The translations under genes and the position numbers were made by a program. A stretch of 64,000 nucleotides of DNA from the human T2T-CHM13v2.0 reference genome, Homo sapiens: NCBI RefSeq assembly GCF_009914755.1, contig NC_060945.1; one strand, given 5' to 3'. Numbering within the stretch: position 1 is the stretch's first letter; each line of letters begins with the position of its first letter. Below are positions 1 to 16,561 of the stretch, in pieces. Under the pieces are notes generated by a model. It searched no databases. It was not told where the DNA came from and saw only the letters and a list, made by a program, of their open reading frames with translations.

Positions 1-299
1 TTCCTCCTTCCTGTCTCACAATCCCTCTTCCTTGAGGAAAATAATTGCTCCATCAGTGGTCTTCTTAGTTCTCATTCTACAGTGTTTGTGGAGTTATTCA
101 GATCACTTGTCCCTCTGTTTATAACAATACGATATGATGCCTATAATATCTATTACTTCATCTCGTTCTCTTTCCCCTCTTGATGGAAACATGCTGTAGA
201 ATTAAAGCAAAATTATGCTGCTCCCTTAGCCTGGTATGTGTTGAACTGCTCTCCAATGGTTCTTCTTCCCAATTTCAATGTAGGGAAGTCTATAATCTT

Positions 300-420
300 A
301 CTACTCAGATCATGGCCAAGGACCAGCAGCATCAGGGTCACCTGAGAACTCACTACAAATGAACAATCTCAGGCATACTGAATCAGAACGTGCAGCTTAG
401 ATGAACTCTCCACTGATTTA
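300..420 (+). mobile_element. MER5A1-like DNA transposon remnant (hAT-Charlie); copies at ~28944-29060 and ~30824-30940
   Basis: ctactcagatcatggccaaggaccagcagcatcagggtcacctgagaact...ctgaatcagaa resembles the MER5A/MER5A1 consensus as recalled. Confidence 0.7.
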
Positions 421-486
421 TTTGGAGAAGGGACGTTCTCTTCTATCTTGATTGAACGTGACATTAGATGTGTTTTGCAAAATTAC

Positions 487-559
487 CTGTCCCAGATATT
501 GGTCCCCCCTTTATTTCTGTGGCTGTATTTGAAACAGAATATTTCTCATTACTTGTAGC
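487..559 (-). pseudogene. ANKRD36-like exon 18 (73 nt) ATSNEKYSVSNTATEIKGGPISGT
   Basis: cattcag|GCTACAAGTAATGAG...TCTGGGACAG|gtaatt. Confidence 0.92.
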
Positions 560-650
560 CTGAATGGGATTTGAAAACAAAATAATACGTAAAGTAGGTT
601 TCATAGACTATACAGTTAATAGTTCAACAGATAAATGAGACTTTAATTAC

Positions 651-679
651 CTTCTCAGCTGGTTGTTTCTGAGAAGACA
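651..679 (-). pseudogene. ANKRD36-like exon 17 (29 nt) VSSQKQPAEK
   Basis: ttttcag|TGTCTTCTCAGAAACAACCAGCTGAGAAG|gtaatt. Confidence 0.92.
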
Positions 680-3600
680 CTGAAAAGCAAAAGGGTTACA
701 TAATCAATCATATGTAAATATGATAATGTTATCCATACATTAATGCATGGATAGCATGTTAGCATCAAGTTTTATACTCCTGCCTGTATTACTGTAGGCT
801 TTGATATTTTATACTTTGTTTCTTGGGACTAAACATGAAGGAAATACACTGAAGAAAATAGGAATACAGGCTTCAAGAAATATATACTGACAATTTCAAA
901 TGTGATATAACTTTCTCCATATGTCTAAAACTAAAATAAAGCCATGTCAATATCAATGTGGATATGCTGAGTGTTGAGGACAAATGTGATCTAAAATCAG
1001 AGTCCAAATCATACACCTGGGAATCAACGTCAAAGCAGGTGATACATGCACCCGCGTGTCTTTCATGCAAGATATCAGAATGATTTGGAACATTTTACTG
1101 CAAACATTCATCATGTTCTTTAACTTGATCAATCAGTGAGAAGGTACACAATTATAATGACACTTTAGTTGAATGTACACTTCACATCACTTCAGTGGAA
1201 GTGTCCTAACTTAATCAGCTTGGATATATGTTTGGTGAATTATAGTATGTAATGTTCATTATTTCTCATACCCATATGGTGTAATAATGTGTCTACATCT
1301 CTTGCATCTTCTAGTTTAGCCTTCCGAAATCTTCATCCACTCATGGCAACAAGGTATAATGTATAAACTTCATCAAAAAGTATAATAAATTACCAAATTT
1401 GACATACTTATACAAAATAAAATTGCTACAAGCATTAGATATGAATAAGCTTTTACATCTGGAAATCACGCCAATATTCCTTGAAAATAACCATTTGGGA
1501 GTCAAGTAATGAATTCAACATTATTTTCACTTCTAAAATAGTCTGGTTAAATTATCATGTTATTCTCTAGAGAATTTTTATTAAGTTGCTATTTTATCCA
1601 ATAGCTCCTTGAAAAACAAAGCCAATGTATGCATATTCACGTTTATCTCATTTGAATAACCAATATCAACAAAACATATACCTCTGGTGCCCAATAGTAA
1701 CAAAGAGGAATAATGAGTCACTGTGGTTTATCCCAATTCTATCACTGTTTCCTGCTTCCAGTAGTTCCTGGAACAGCCAAAAATCAAATAATCCTTTATG
1801 CAAATATTCTGAATGCATCTGAAGTGAGTTCACTTAATCTAAGAGTTATAATTTAAAAAATCATTTTGTTTATGCTCATGAAGACTCCTGATGTTTTTAC
1901 ATTTCCTGGATTCAGCAGTTCGGCCTTCTCACCGTCTCTTCGTCCACTTTTGCAAAAACATACACATCAGTGAAATAATGTGTAATCAGATTCCTATGAA
2001 AATAAACTAAACAAAGTTTCTAAATCACTAGAGACTTCTTTTCTTATAAATAACCAACCAATACGACATAATACATATATATATATACATATGTCATGAT
2101 TGTCACCATTATTGGCAGTTATCTGTTTAGTACTCTAAAAATGCATTATTTGATTCCTTTTTTCTAAATCTAGTTTCACATGATATACCATAGGGGTCTC
2201 TCAGGTTCTTTTACAAAATAACTACACCAGCAAACACAGCTTTCCAAAAAAGAAAAACTGATGTGAACGAAGCATGTATCATTGATGTGCAAAACTTCTA
2301 GGGAGAAGAAATGAGATTCTGTGGGTCACCCTCATCCTTCTAACCTCTGTTTTCCATTAAGTGACTTCCCACAAATCTCCTCATCAGAAACCTCCAAATT
2401 ACCTAGCTAGCTGCTTTCTTTGTTTACACCTGCCTAATTTGACATACACTCTTTTTCATTCATAAATCTAATATCCATATTGGTGGACTTGATTCTTTGA
2501 CCTCTACATTCGTTTCTTCATTATTTTCACCACCACTGTAATGTGACATCTGTACAATCCCATTCTGACACATCTGAAGATAAGGTTTTGCTTTATTAAA
2601 ATGTTAAATGTGTCAAGACACTTGACTAACGTGTACAAATTCCTTCTTCACAAAAGCAGCCCCATGGCCTCCTATCTCCCATAGACACGTTCACAGCTGT
2701 TCTTCACTCACATCCGTTTGAGTATCTATCATCTCTCATTTTGTCTCTATGCTTTCACCTCATATTATGAGTTATTATCATAGGCTCAGCAGCCTATCTT
2801 ACCTATTTTCCTCTCCAGCAGACAGTACTGAGCAATAAAGTAGAATTTTCCAGGATATGAACACTTTTATGTACACAACACTTTGTGGAGCTATTTTATG
2901 TTTAACTACCCATAACACCACTATGTCTATGCTTTCCAGAGAAACAAGCTCTGAAATTTTATTGAATATAACCTATTTAAAAACTTCTTTAACTACAATG
3001 ACAGTCTCTCCTTGATGCACCAAATCTTCAGAAATAACTTGTGAAGGCTTGAAAATATGTCAGTAATTGACATGAAAAATGAAGCTTGATGTAATTTTTT
3101 GCAGGTATAAAAAAGACAAGCTGAGATCCTTACAGATCCAGGAAGAGCAAAGTACATTAGACAGGAAATAAATATGGAACAGAAACATTTTCATTTGTAA
3201 TGAAAATTCCTCTATTTACAGTTTTCAAAAGAGAAGAAAATACACACACATACACACACATACACTCACACACAAAAACCAGAGCAATATGGCTTTACAG
3301 GGTGTTTCTTCATCAAAGACCTATTTGTCATTTGATATCTGGGAACACTCTATAGGGATCAACAAAGGGGTTCTAAATTGTGACCTGAATAGTTTAGAGT
3401 TTAACATTCATGAAGGGGAGCCAAGAGGACAAGTAACACTTTGACCATTGGCCATTTCCACTCCTTACTGCTATTCTCTGAAAAGCACACACTGGATTTT
3501 CTCAGAGTTAGGACATGTCAAACAGACATGCTTTAAGGGGGAAACAGTTGCAATTAACACAGCCATGGGAGAGATACAGCTATGCTTGCTAGGATTTCCA

Positions 3601-4149
3601 ATACTTCTGTTTCATTTCTAATATAGTACAAATCAGTAAACCGAACCACGTAAGCCTATCCATGCTGGTATGTCATCATATTTAAGTCCATATGGTATCA
3701 GCATGAAGAGAGCATAATATGCTGTAGTCATCACATGGCATATCATGAGATCATACAATAAATCAAGAAATACCTCACTGGGTCAAGGTGGATAGATCTG
3801 AAATATATATCACTGATTTTACAAAGACCAAGTTGCATTCAATAAGTTCACTGCCTGAACTTTTCTACAAGTTTTTAATACACAAAATCAAGTTCTACAT
3901 GTTATCTATGAATGTGCACATATGTTGTAAGAGGTTTTTAATGTGCATTTGGGTGATTTCTTTTTACTTAATTCAAGCTCTTGGTTACATGTCGGCAGTA
4001 AGCTTTAGTATTATAGAAAACCCAAAACAGTAACAGCTCAGAATCACCATCTTAAAAGGCTGTCTACCAAAGAGTCAGGAAAGCATGACTACTTACTTTC
4101 TTCATTTTTGAAACTCAGGCGTACCTCATGCACACTTCCAAATAAAACT

Positions 4150-6160
<2,011 letters not shown>

Positions 6161-6746
6161 ATTAATTCAGGTTGTTGGTTACCTGTAGGCAATGAATTGT
6201 AGTAGTAGAAAAGATTCTAAGGCTAAAACAGCTCAGAATCATTGCTTTAAAACCCTGTATCTACCAAAGAGTCACCAAAAAATGATTAATGACTTTATTC
6301 ATTTTCCAGAATCAGAGGTATCACACACATCCAAACTCACAAACAAAAGCACACACGCACATACACATGCAGAAATTCAAAAGCTGGTAATCAGAGCATG
6401 TGACTGGGTGAGGATTTGAAGGTTCTCAGTGTGGCAACACCGACATAAAGAAGTTGAAGTTCTAACACAATTGTAATGTCAGCTGGTATAGCTTTTCTCT
6501 AAGTAAAGGACAGTATTGCAACCAGAAATTGAAACACTGAAAAATATTTATAGTTTCAAAATTCACCTCCTTGAACTCCTAACATGCATACAAATTCTAC
6601 ATTGGATATTTATCACAACCTAAAAGGAAAAGCATCTGAGCTAGAGTTCACATTTTAAACATTTCTTTTCCTTGTTCTTCTAAATATCATTTTATAATCA
6701 TAGACACTAACAACAGCATCAGCATCATTTAGATCAAATCCTTCTA

Positions 6747-6950
<204 letters not shown>

Positions 6951-7014
6951 TTAATATATCATGTATATATCACAAAGCATTTTGTTAATTAAAAACGAAA
7001 ATATATTTGTTTAC

Positions 7015-7043
7015 TGTGGATAAAGGAGGTCGCTCAGAAGATT
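7015..7043 (-). pseudogene. ANKRD36-like exon 15 (29 nt) ESSERPPLST
   Basis: tttgtag|AATCTTCTGAGCGACCTCCTTTATCCACA|gtaaac. Confidence 0.92.
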
Positions 7044-7686
7044 CTACAAAGCAAAAGGGACACATAATTAAGTTTTCATAAAACATGTAGTCCAGATTTC
7101 AAGAGAGAGATTAGGTTTCACATGACTACAACTAACACAAGGAAGTACTTCTACCAATGTGATTCTCTTAACTGAAGCCAAAAAATGTGATGTCAAATGA
7201 AAGGACCCCAGAAGGATAAATGTCAAAGCCCATGGTAGAACGCTATGGTGTACCCTGAAGAAATCACCCAAGAACCATTTATACTACAATACTACAATAG
7301 TTTTCCTGTTCTTCATTTTGTCCTCTAACTTAAAAACTATCAATTTCATTAAAATGTATCATTCCCTTCTGCTTGCAGGATGTATTCTCAGTTCATTAGT
7401 TCAGATATCTACATACAGAAGCATAGTTAACAAAAATACTCATGTTGTCCACAGTCATGCAGACTTCTGGTGTTTTTCCATTTCCTGGATTCTCAACTTT
7501 AGCCCTCCTGCCATCTCTTCATTCACTTATGCAAGAAATGTATACATTACACTCCAAATACCTAATATGTAATTAGATTCCCATAAAACAAATCTAACCA
7601 AAATATTTGAAATATCAGAGGCTTTTTTCGTGTTAATCACCTTTTATATATCAAAATATTTGCCATGATCATTGACAGTTACATTT

Positions 7687-7756
7687 TAACAAACCTGCAC
7701 GTTGTGCACATATACCCTAAAACTTAAAGTATAATAACAATAAATAAATAAATAAT
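7687..7756 (+). mobile_element. ~70-bp L1PA 3'-end stub with A-rich tail
   Basis: aacaaacctgcacgttgtgcacatataccctaaaacttaaagtataataa; absent from the paralogous site at ~11745. Confidence 0.9.
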
Positions 7757-10068
7757 ACTTAAGAAATTTATTTCTTGATTGTTTTGCTTCCACAGTTTGA
7801 CATGCACTGCATCGCATTTTGCTAACATGAAGCACCTATCCTATTGTCGATATGTTACCCCTACAGAGAGAAGAATTGAGTCCCTGTGGTTTACTCATTC
7901 TTCCACCTCTGCTTCCATTAAGCTCTGAAGCAACAATAATCCAATATTCTGTTCGACTGCGAATATACCAGGTCCACATAAAGTGAGTTTTCTCAGGTTT
8001 CCTCATCAGAAACTCCCAAACACCTAGCCAGCTGCTATCTTTATTTATACCATCCCACCCCACTTGCACTCTTTTTTGTTGATAAATCTAATCTCACTAT
8101 CTGATCTTCATTCTTTGCCTTCCACATTTTGTTCTTCATTATTCTCACCACCCCTGTGATCAAACCAGTAAAATCCCATTTTTATAAATATGAAGATATG
8201 GTTTTCCTTTATTAGAATATAAAAGTTACAGAAAATGGACTAACTTGTACAAATTCCTTCTTCACAATAGCAGCCCCATGTCCTCCTCTCTCCCCTAGAC
8301 ACAGTTTCATAGTTTGTATTCACTCACATCAGTTTCATTGAGTATCAACTCTCATTTCATCTTTACGGCTTTATTTTACACTGGGGGTTATTATCAAAGA
8401 ATCAGCAAACTATGTTACATATTTTCTTCTACACAAGAGATTACTGAGCAGTAAATAAGAATTTCTTTGGATATAAACACTTTTAAGTACACAAATTTTT
8501 GTGAAGCTAATTTATGGTTAAATACACATTACACCATTATGTGTTATGTGTTCCACAGAAACAGGCTCTAAAATTTTATTAAACATATTTAATTTAAAAA
8601 CTTCTGCAATTACAATGACATAGTCTCTGCTCAATGCAGCAACGTCTTCAAAAATCACTTGTGAAGACTTGGGAAAATGTCAGTCATTTACGTGAAAAAT
8701 GAGAGCATTAAGTGACAACACTGCTTGCTGGTATAAATAAGACAAGGCTATATCCTTACCAGATTCAAAGATATCAGAGTGCCATGGACAGAAACACATA
8801 TATAAAACAGAAAGATTTTCATTTTTACCAAAAATTCGTGTATTTAAAGTTTTCAGAAAAGGACAAAATATAGGAAAACACAGCGGTGGGGCGTTATAGA
8901 GCATTTCTTCATCTGGAGACTATTTATCATTTGATATCTGGAAACCCTTTATAGGGCCCAACAAAGGGGTTCTAAACTGTGATTTGATCATTCTTGGAGT
9001 TCAACATCTATGTAAGGAAGCCAAGGTACCAAATGATACTTTCTTTCGCATCAAAGAATTCTTCTTTCCAATGTCATTCTCTGAAAAGCATACACTAGAG
9101 TTTTTCAGAGTCATAACATGATGGAAAAACATGGCTCTAAGGGGTAATGAATGTAGTCAATACAGCTATGGCAGTGAATACAGCTATACTCAGGGTATCT
9201 GAAATACTTCTATTTAATTTCTTATATAGTACAAATCAATAAAGACAACCACATAAGCAAATCTATTTTGGCATGTCATCATATTTATGTTCATTTTGTA
9301 TCAGCATGAAGAGACTTTAATTAATTGTGGTGCAGTCATAAAATGGCATACCACAAGACCATACAACAAATCAAAGATGAACAAATTGTGTCAACCTGGA
9401 TAGATCCAAAATATATACCACTGATTAGAAAAGCCGAGTTGCAGCTATTATGTACGCTGTGTGAAATCGTATAGAAGACTTGATACTTGGAAACAGATTC
9501 TACATATTACCTATGAAAGTGCAAGTATCTTGTAAAGTATTTTTAATGTGCATTGCAGTGACTTAAAAGTAAAAAACGTTAATTCAGGCTGTTGGTTACC
9601 TGTAGGCAATAAATTGTAGTAGAAGAAAATATTCTAAGGCCAAAACAGCTCAGAATCATTGTTTTAAAACACTGTTATCTACCAAAGAGTTACAAAAGAA
9701 TGATTAATCATTTTATTCATTCTTAATCTGAGATGCACACACACATACACATGCAGAAACTCAATCTGGTAATCAGAAGATGTGATTAAGTAAAGATTCT
9801 CAATGTAACAACACTGACATAAAGGAGTTGAAGTTCTAAAACAATTGTAACGTCAGCAGGTATAGCTTTTCTCTAGATGAAGAAGAGAGAAGAGTATTGC
9901 AATCAATTTTGAAGCACTGAAAATACTTAGTGTCAAAATACACCTCCTCAAATCCCTAACATGCACAGAAATTCAAAACTGGGATCTTCAGATGATGACA
10001 ACTTTAAAGGAAAAGCATTTGGGCTAGAGCTCATGGTGTAAAATGTCCGCCTTATGCCTTAAATATCA

Positions 10069-10326
<258 letters not shown>

Positions 10327-10378
10327 TCATGTATATATCACAGAGCATTTTGTTAATAATTAAAGAAAATATGCTTAC

Positions 10379-10407
10379 CGTGAATAAAGGCGGTTGCTCA
10401 GGAGACA
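10379..10407 (-). pseudogene. ANKRD36-like exon 13 (29 nt) VSPEQPPLFT
   Basis: tttgtag|TGTCTCCTGAGCAACCGCCTTTATTCACG|gtaagc. Confidence 0.92.
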
Positions 10408-10815
10408 CTACAAAACAAAAGGAACACAAAATTGACTACAGGTAAATATGACACAGCCTACCATCAATCATGCAGTGTTTTTATCCAGCTGAAATCTTCG
10501 TCCTTGCCCTTGAAATTGTTACCCATTAGGCTTTGGGTTGCTTTGCTCTTGTTTTGGTTAACACACAAACATGACAGGAATATACACATGAAAAATCACA
10601 ATATAGATTCTATAAAACATGCAGTCCAGATTGCAAGGGTGAGATTAGGTTTCACATGACTACAAGTAACATAGAAAAGTATTTCTACGAATGTGAATCT
10701 GCTGGATGAAGCCAAAAAAAGTGACGTCAGATGAGAGAACCAAAGCGGACCCCAGAAGAATAAATGTTAGAAACTATGAAGTTGCAATGAGAGAGCATGA
10801 AAATGTATCATTCGC

Positions 10816-11120
10816 GGCCGGGCGCTGTGGCTCACGCCTGTAATCCCAGCACTTTGGGAGGCCAAGGCGGGCAGATCACGAAGTCAGGAGATCGATACCA
10901 TCCTGGCTAACACCGTGAAAGCCCATCTCTACTAAAAATGCATAAAAGTAGCTGGGCTTGGTGGCAGGCGCCTGTAGTCCCAGCTACTCAGGAGGCTGAG
11001 GCAGGAGAATGGCGTGAAACCGGGAGGCGGAGTTGGCAGTGAGCTGAGATCCCGCAACTGCACTCAAGCCTGGGTGACAGAGTGAGACTCTGTCTCAAAA
11101 AAAAAGAAAAGAAAAGAAAA
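10816..11120 (+). mobile_element. AluY
   Basis: Full dimer with diagnostic ggagaatggcgtgaa; 17-bp TSD gaaaatgtatcattcgc at 10799-10815 and 11116-11132. Confidence 0.95.
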
Positions 11121-11380
11121 TGTATCATTCGCTTCTGCTGGCAGGAAGTGCTCTCAATCATTAGATATCTACTTGGAGAAAAATCGTTTCTAAAAATACT
11201 CATGTTATCCACAGTCATGAAGACTTCTGATATTTTCAACTTCTGGATTCTCAACTTTAGTTCTCTTGCCATCTTTTCATTCCCTTATGCAAAAAAAGTA
11301 TATATTACACATCAAATAACTAATGAGTACTCAGATTTTCATTTACAAAATGTAACCAAAAATCTCTGAATCACCATTGA

Positions 11381-11692
<312 letters not shown>

Positions 11693-12254
11693 TTAATCAA
11701 CTTTTACATATCAAAATATTTGCCATGATTATTGACAGTTACACTTTTAGTACTAAAGAAATAAATTTCTCGTTTGTTTTTTTTCTAGTCAGTTTGATAT
11801 TCTATAGTATAGCAGCCTCTGAGGTACTTTTATACAATGGCTATTTCATCAAAAACAGCATTGTTTTAAAGAAAACTGCCAATGTTTTGATATCCAAGTG
11901 CATCCCAGTTCACTAACAAACATGAATGAAGCACATATCATTGATGTGTAACCCCTATAGAGAGAAGAAATGAGTTTCTGTGGTTTCCTGTCGTTCTTCT
12001 ACCCTCTGCCTCCAGTAAGCTCCAAAGCAGCAATCATTTAATCTTCTCTTTGAGTGGGAATATACTGAGTCTACATAAAGTGAGTTCCCTCAAGTTTCCT
12101 CATCAGAAACCTCCAAATACCTAGCCAGCTGCTTTCTTAATTTACACAATCCCACCTCACATTTTTTTGTAAATATACTAATGTCCATTTCTCAACAATG
12201 AATATTATATTTTGATCTACAAGTTTAAGTGTTCACCAAAGTTTTAAGAAAAAG

Positions 12255-12425
12255 TATGTTTAAATTAAACTATATTTACTATTAAAATTAATAAATTATA
12301 ACTATAATTTAATTAAAATTAAGCTTATAATTTAATGTAATTTAACATTTAATTTAATTTTAAATTTATTTTAAATTATATTTCAATTAGTTATATTTAT
12401 TTTCAAAAATTATATTATTAAATCA
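12255..12425. repeat. AT-rich low-complexity tract
   Basis: Almost pure A/T (taattt/aaatta variants). Confidence 0.8.
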
Positions 12426-12535
12426 TAGAAAATTATTCAGCTATATTCACTACCTCGCCATCTTTTATTGTACACAAAATACAACATTATCATTATTTGA
12501 TTGCTCTCATGGAGCACTTTTTATAATACAAATAC

Positions 12536-12575
12536 CATTTGCTTTTTGTCCAGTTGCTAGTAGTGCTTTTCTTTC
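12536..12575 (-). pseudogene. ANKRD36-like exon 12 (40 nt) ERKALLATGQKAN
   Basis: tttaatag|GAAAGAAAAGCACTA...GCAAATG|gtattt; a second donor-like site GAG|gtagtg lies at 12454/12453. Confidence 0.85.
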
Positions 12576-14580
12576 CTATTAAAAAAAAAAAAAGAAATCT
12601 TCAGAAAATGTCATATTTACTACTTAATCAGTCAGTAATTCAAGAAACATTTTCTGTGTCTATAAATTCATAAGATCTATACTGGAAAATCTGATAATAT
12701 GAATAAAATACCAATTTTATTTATTTATCAAGTGAAAAAAGAAATTTATAAAAACAAACAAAAGCAGAAAGACACAATTCATTATTTCTACAATTCAAGT
12801 CAATAAAATACAGTGATAGCACAAAGGCAATAACACTTAATTCTACTTGGGAAGCTTCTGAGACACTGCAAATTTAGGGTTCTATTTTTTAAATAGACAA
12901 GGGAAGAGTAAGAGTGTGAAGTGTTTCTAGTGAGGGCAGCATGTGCAAAAAAAATAAAGCATGAAACAGCATAGCCAATAAGAAATACCACAATAACGTG
13001 GTAAAACTTGGACACAGACAGAGAAAGTGGAGTGGAGAGATAAAATGGGAGAAACAGGCCAAACCACAAAATAAGTGTTATGCTAGAATGTAAATGTTTG
13101 TTTCATGTAATGAGGGTCCAGCCATAAACAGATGACTTAGACCAAAGTAAACATGTTTAAGAAAGGTCACCCTGAAAGACATATATAGATAGATAAACAT
13201 GGGGAGAAGAAAGAAACAAAAACGAACATTCCAAAAGTATAGGGCTGACAGTGTATTACAGTAATAAGATATGAGAAATGGTTAAAGGTAGAAAATACAA
13301 AAATTGGTGAGTCACTGGATTGGCAATGTGAGGGAAACCTGGAGTGCAGTTTTTCTGCTTCAATGTTTCATTGCTACCTTCTTGGTGTTATTTACTAAAA
13401 TTGGGAAGTGAGATGACAGCATAGATTACAAAGAGTCAGGAAAGAATCTGGAAGGCAGTTTGAGACCTATTAAATTTGAGGCACAAAGGGGAATTAGAAG
13501 ACTCATCTGGGTAAATACATTTGGAGTAGAAATAGATGACCTTACTCAAAAAAACCATATGTTGTTGAGAAGGTCAACATTTGTAAAGTATACTAAACTG
13601 GTAGGATTCAATAATTTAAACCTATGTAGAACCCTGAAGTTTTGAAAATAAAAAGAAAACAAAACATGGGATTCAAAATTTCAATTATATATTTCTATAC
13701 TGGATTAAAAGATATAAAATATATTTTCTAAATGTATGCAGATATTTATTTCTGGAATATTACGGTCATCTGCATTTTTGAACTTAATGAAAACAGTTAT
13801 CTAAACCAGTAAGTCAAAGTGTCCTAAGAAAGCTCATTTTCAAAAAATCATCTTAAAAGTTTTTAACTTGTACAAATGTTTATTCTATTATAGAATTATA
13901 AGGCACTTTAATTGCTACTAACATATAAGAGAGAAATGCAAAATCTATTTTAAAGTTCATACGGTTTTCTGATTCTCCTGAAATGATATACTAATAGCTC
14001 TAATTGCCTACTTATGCCATAAAGATAATAGTTAAAAATCAGAGAAAGGATCAAGTAAAATAATCATATGACTATGCAAGCTGAAGACTTACTTGTCTTC
14101 AAATACACTATGCCTGTCAATCATGACTCAATACTCACATGAAGAGAGAAGAAATTTATTTTAAACATCAAGTCAAAAGGATTCCTGAGTTTTAGAGCTG
14201 AATAAATTTATGTGCAAGGTATAACTATAAATACTAAAGTTAATAATGCTTCCAGAGAATAATACAAAATGTCCCAACTGTAGGAGGTAGTTTTAAAAGT
14301 AAAAAGTAATATTCCAGAGATAATTCTGTGTACTGTTGGCAATATTTCTTTCCTTACGATTCTATCAAAATAGGTACTTTGTTTAGAAAACAATCATGAG
14401 TGTTGACTGCATTCATCACATGTATGTTCTTAAGTACAGACGTTATCAGCACAAGGTTAGTCAGACTAGCTTCAGAAATAAGTAATAATTTATTTCTTTA
14501 AGAGGGTTCCTGGTTAAAAATATATTTTTTCTCATTCAATGAACATAAATTAGAAACCTCCTTTAAAATTAACCCGAAAT

Positions 14581-14871
14581 GGCTAGGTGTGGTGGCTCAC
14601 GCCTGTAATCCCAGCATTTTGGGAGGCCGAGGCGGGCAGATCATGAGGTCAGGAGATCGAGACCATCCTAGCTAACACAGTGAAACCCCGTCTCTGCTAA
14701 AAATATTAAAAAAATTAGCCGGGCATGATGGCGGGCGCCTATAGTCCCAGCTACTCATGAGGCTGAGGCAGGAGAATGGCATGAACTCGGGAGGTGGACC
14801 TTACAGTGAGCCGAGATCACCCACCACCCTCCAGCTTGAGCGACAGAGCGATACTCCCTCTCAAAAAAAAA
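14581..14871 (+). mobile_element. AluY-like
   Basis: Full dimer, gagatcgagaccatcc, ggagaatggc; TSD-like aaaattaacc on both sides. Confidence 0.93.
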
Positions 14872-16011
14872 TTAACCATAAATTTTAATTTTTATTAATT
14901 TATGTATTAATTAATTTTTATTATTTTTTATTTTTTATTATTTAATTACTTATTTATTTTCTCTATTATCAAAAAAAGGCTAAAACAGCTGCCGAGATGA
15001 TGTAAAAGTGAAATAAATTAGTTAAGCAACTTGGGAATATACCAAATATTACTTTAAAAAACTTTTAACAGGAGTCAAAAATTAATGATTCATTCAAAAT
15101 CTGATATAGCCTAAAACACATTTTACTTTGCATGATCTATGAACACAATATTCACTAGATAAAATATGAGACATCACTTTGCTGAAATTTTAAAAAGTTA
15201 GGATTAAATTTTCTTTCCATTTAGAATTTTTAAATTAATAACTAGATGCATATATTTTCAGTGTACGTGTGATGATTTGTTCCATCTATATAATCTAATG
15301 AGGGTAACAGAGATACACATTACCTTAAATATGTATGTTTTATTTAAACTAGAAATATTCAAGTTATTCTCTCCTGGCTATTTTTAAATGTTAAACAGAA
15401 TGTTAAATATAGTCACCCATAAATTTTCTTCCAATCCTTTATTAAAATCACCCGTAAGTCACTCAGAAGAATCTGAGCATTATTTTAATTACTTGGCTTT
15501 CTTTTCCTAATCTATATTTAAAATAATTCTATAATATGATATGGAGACATTCTACTGTCATTTAAATTCACCGTTTTTGAGGTGTTTTATACTAATCTTT
15601 GTCATCTTGACACTCTTATTCAACTCTGTATTCTTACTTCTTTCCCCTCCTCACCTTTGTATTTGTGGAGCTGTTTTTCAGGTTGCTTTCTACTTCTTTC
15701 CTTCCCTAATGGCAAACCTAACAATCATTTACTCCCATGACCTTTTAGGAATCCTGGTTCCATGCATATATTTCCCTTGTTGTTACACTTCTTTTCTATT
15801 ATTACCTGGAGAACTTCCATTCCTTTATAGGATCCTTGTCATCGTTATAAAGACAGGGAGATGGCAAGTGAATAAAGCATGGGAAAAATATTTTCCAAAT
15901 AAAACAATTTACCATTGTAAAACTAGAGATCATTAACAGATAAGAGTGAGTTGGTGAACAGGACTCGACTCTGATTATTCTATGTTGGCTTTTAACCACA
16001 TCTTCATTTAC

Positions 16012-16080
16012 CTTATCAACATTTTGGTCTTCAAAAAAAGGTTCCATATTTTGTTTTTTCAATGCCACATGCAGCATCTA
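16012..16080 (-). pseudogene. ANKRD36-like exon 11 (69 nt) LDAACGIEKTKYGT(fs)FEDQNVDK
   Basis: actgtag|TAGATGCTGCATGTGGC...GTTGATAAG|gtaaat. The T7 run makes the exon 69 nt where phase requires 68; ORF 15802..16077 shows FEDQNVDK in the shifted frame. Confidence 0.88.
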
Positions 16081-16141
16081 CTACAGTAAAAACAAAGTCA
16101 AGAGTAGATGAAATGCGTGTAATTAAGAATCAATAAATAAG

Positions 16142-16458
<317 letters not shown>

Positions 16459-16500
16459 GAATCAGTAGATAATACAATAGTCAGGTTTCAAATAGCTTAC

Positions 16501-16561
16501 ACTTTTCTGCAGATTGTTGAGAAATAGTCCTTCTGTTCGTAAAGTATGGTTCTGAAATAGT
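16501..16561 (-). pseudogene. ANKRD36-like exon 10 (61 nt) TISEPYFTNRRTISQQSAEK
   Basis: cttctag|ACTATTTCAGAACC...GCAGAAAAGT|gtaagc; paralog of exon 7. Confidence 0.9.

Noticed and set aside
180-362. Recurrent METCCRIKA small ORF (also 28823 and 30711) as a conserved microprotein
   Set aside because: These are copies of the 1.9-kb intron unit overlapping MER5A1. Length and frame differ between copies (frameshift in the 30711 copy), so the frame is not conserved.
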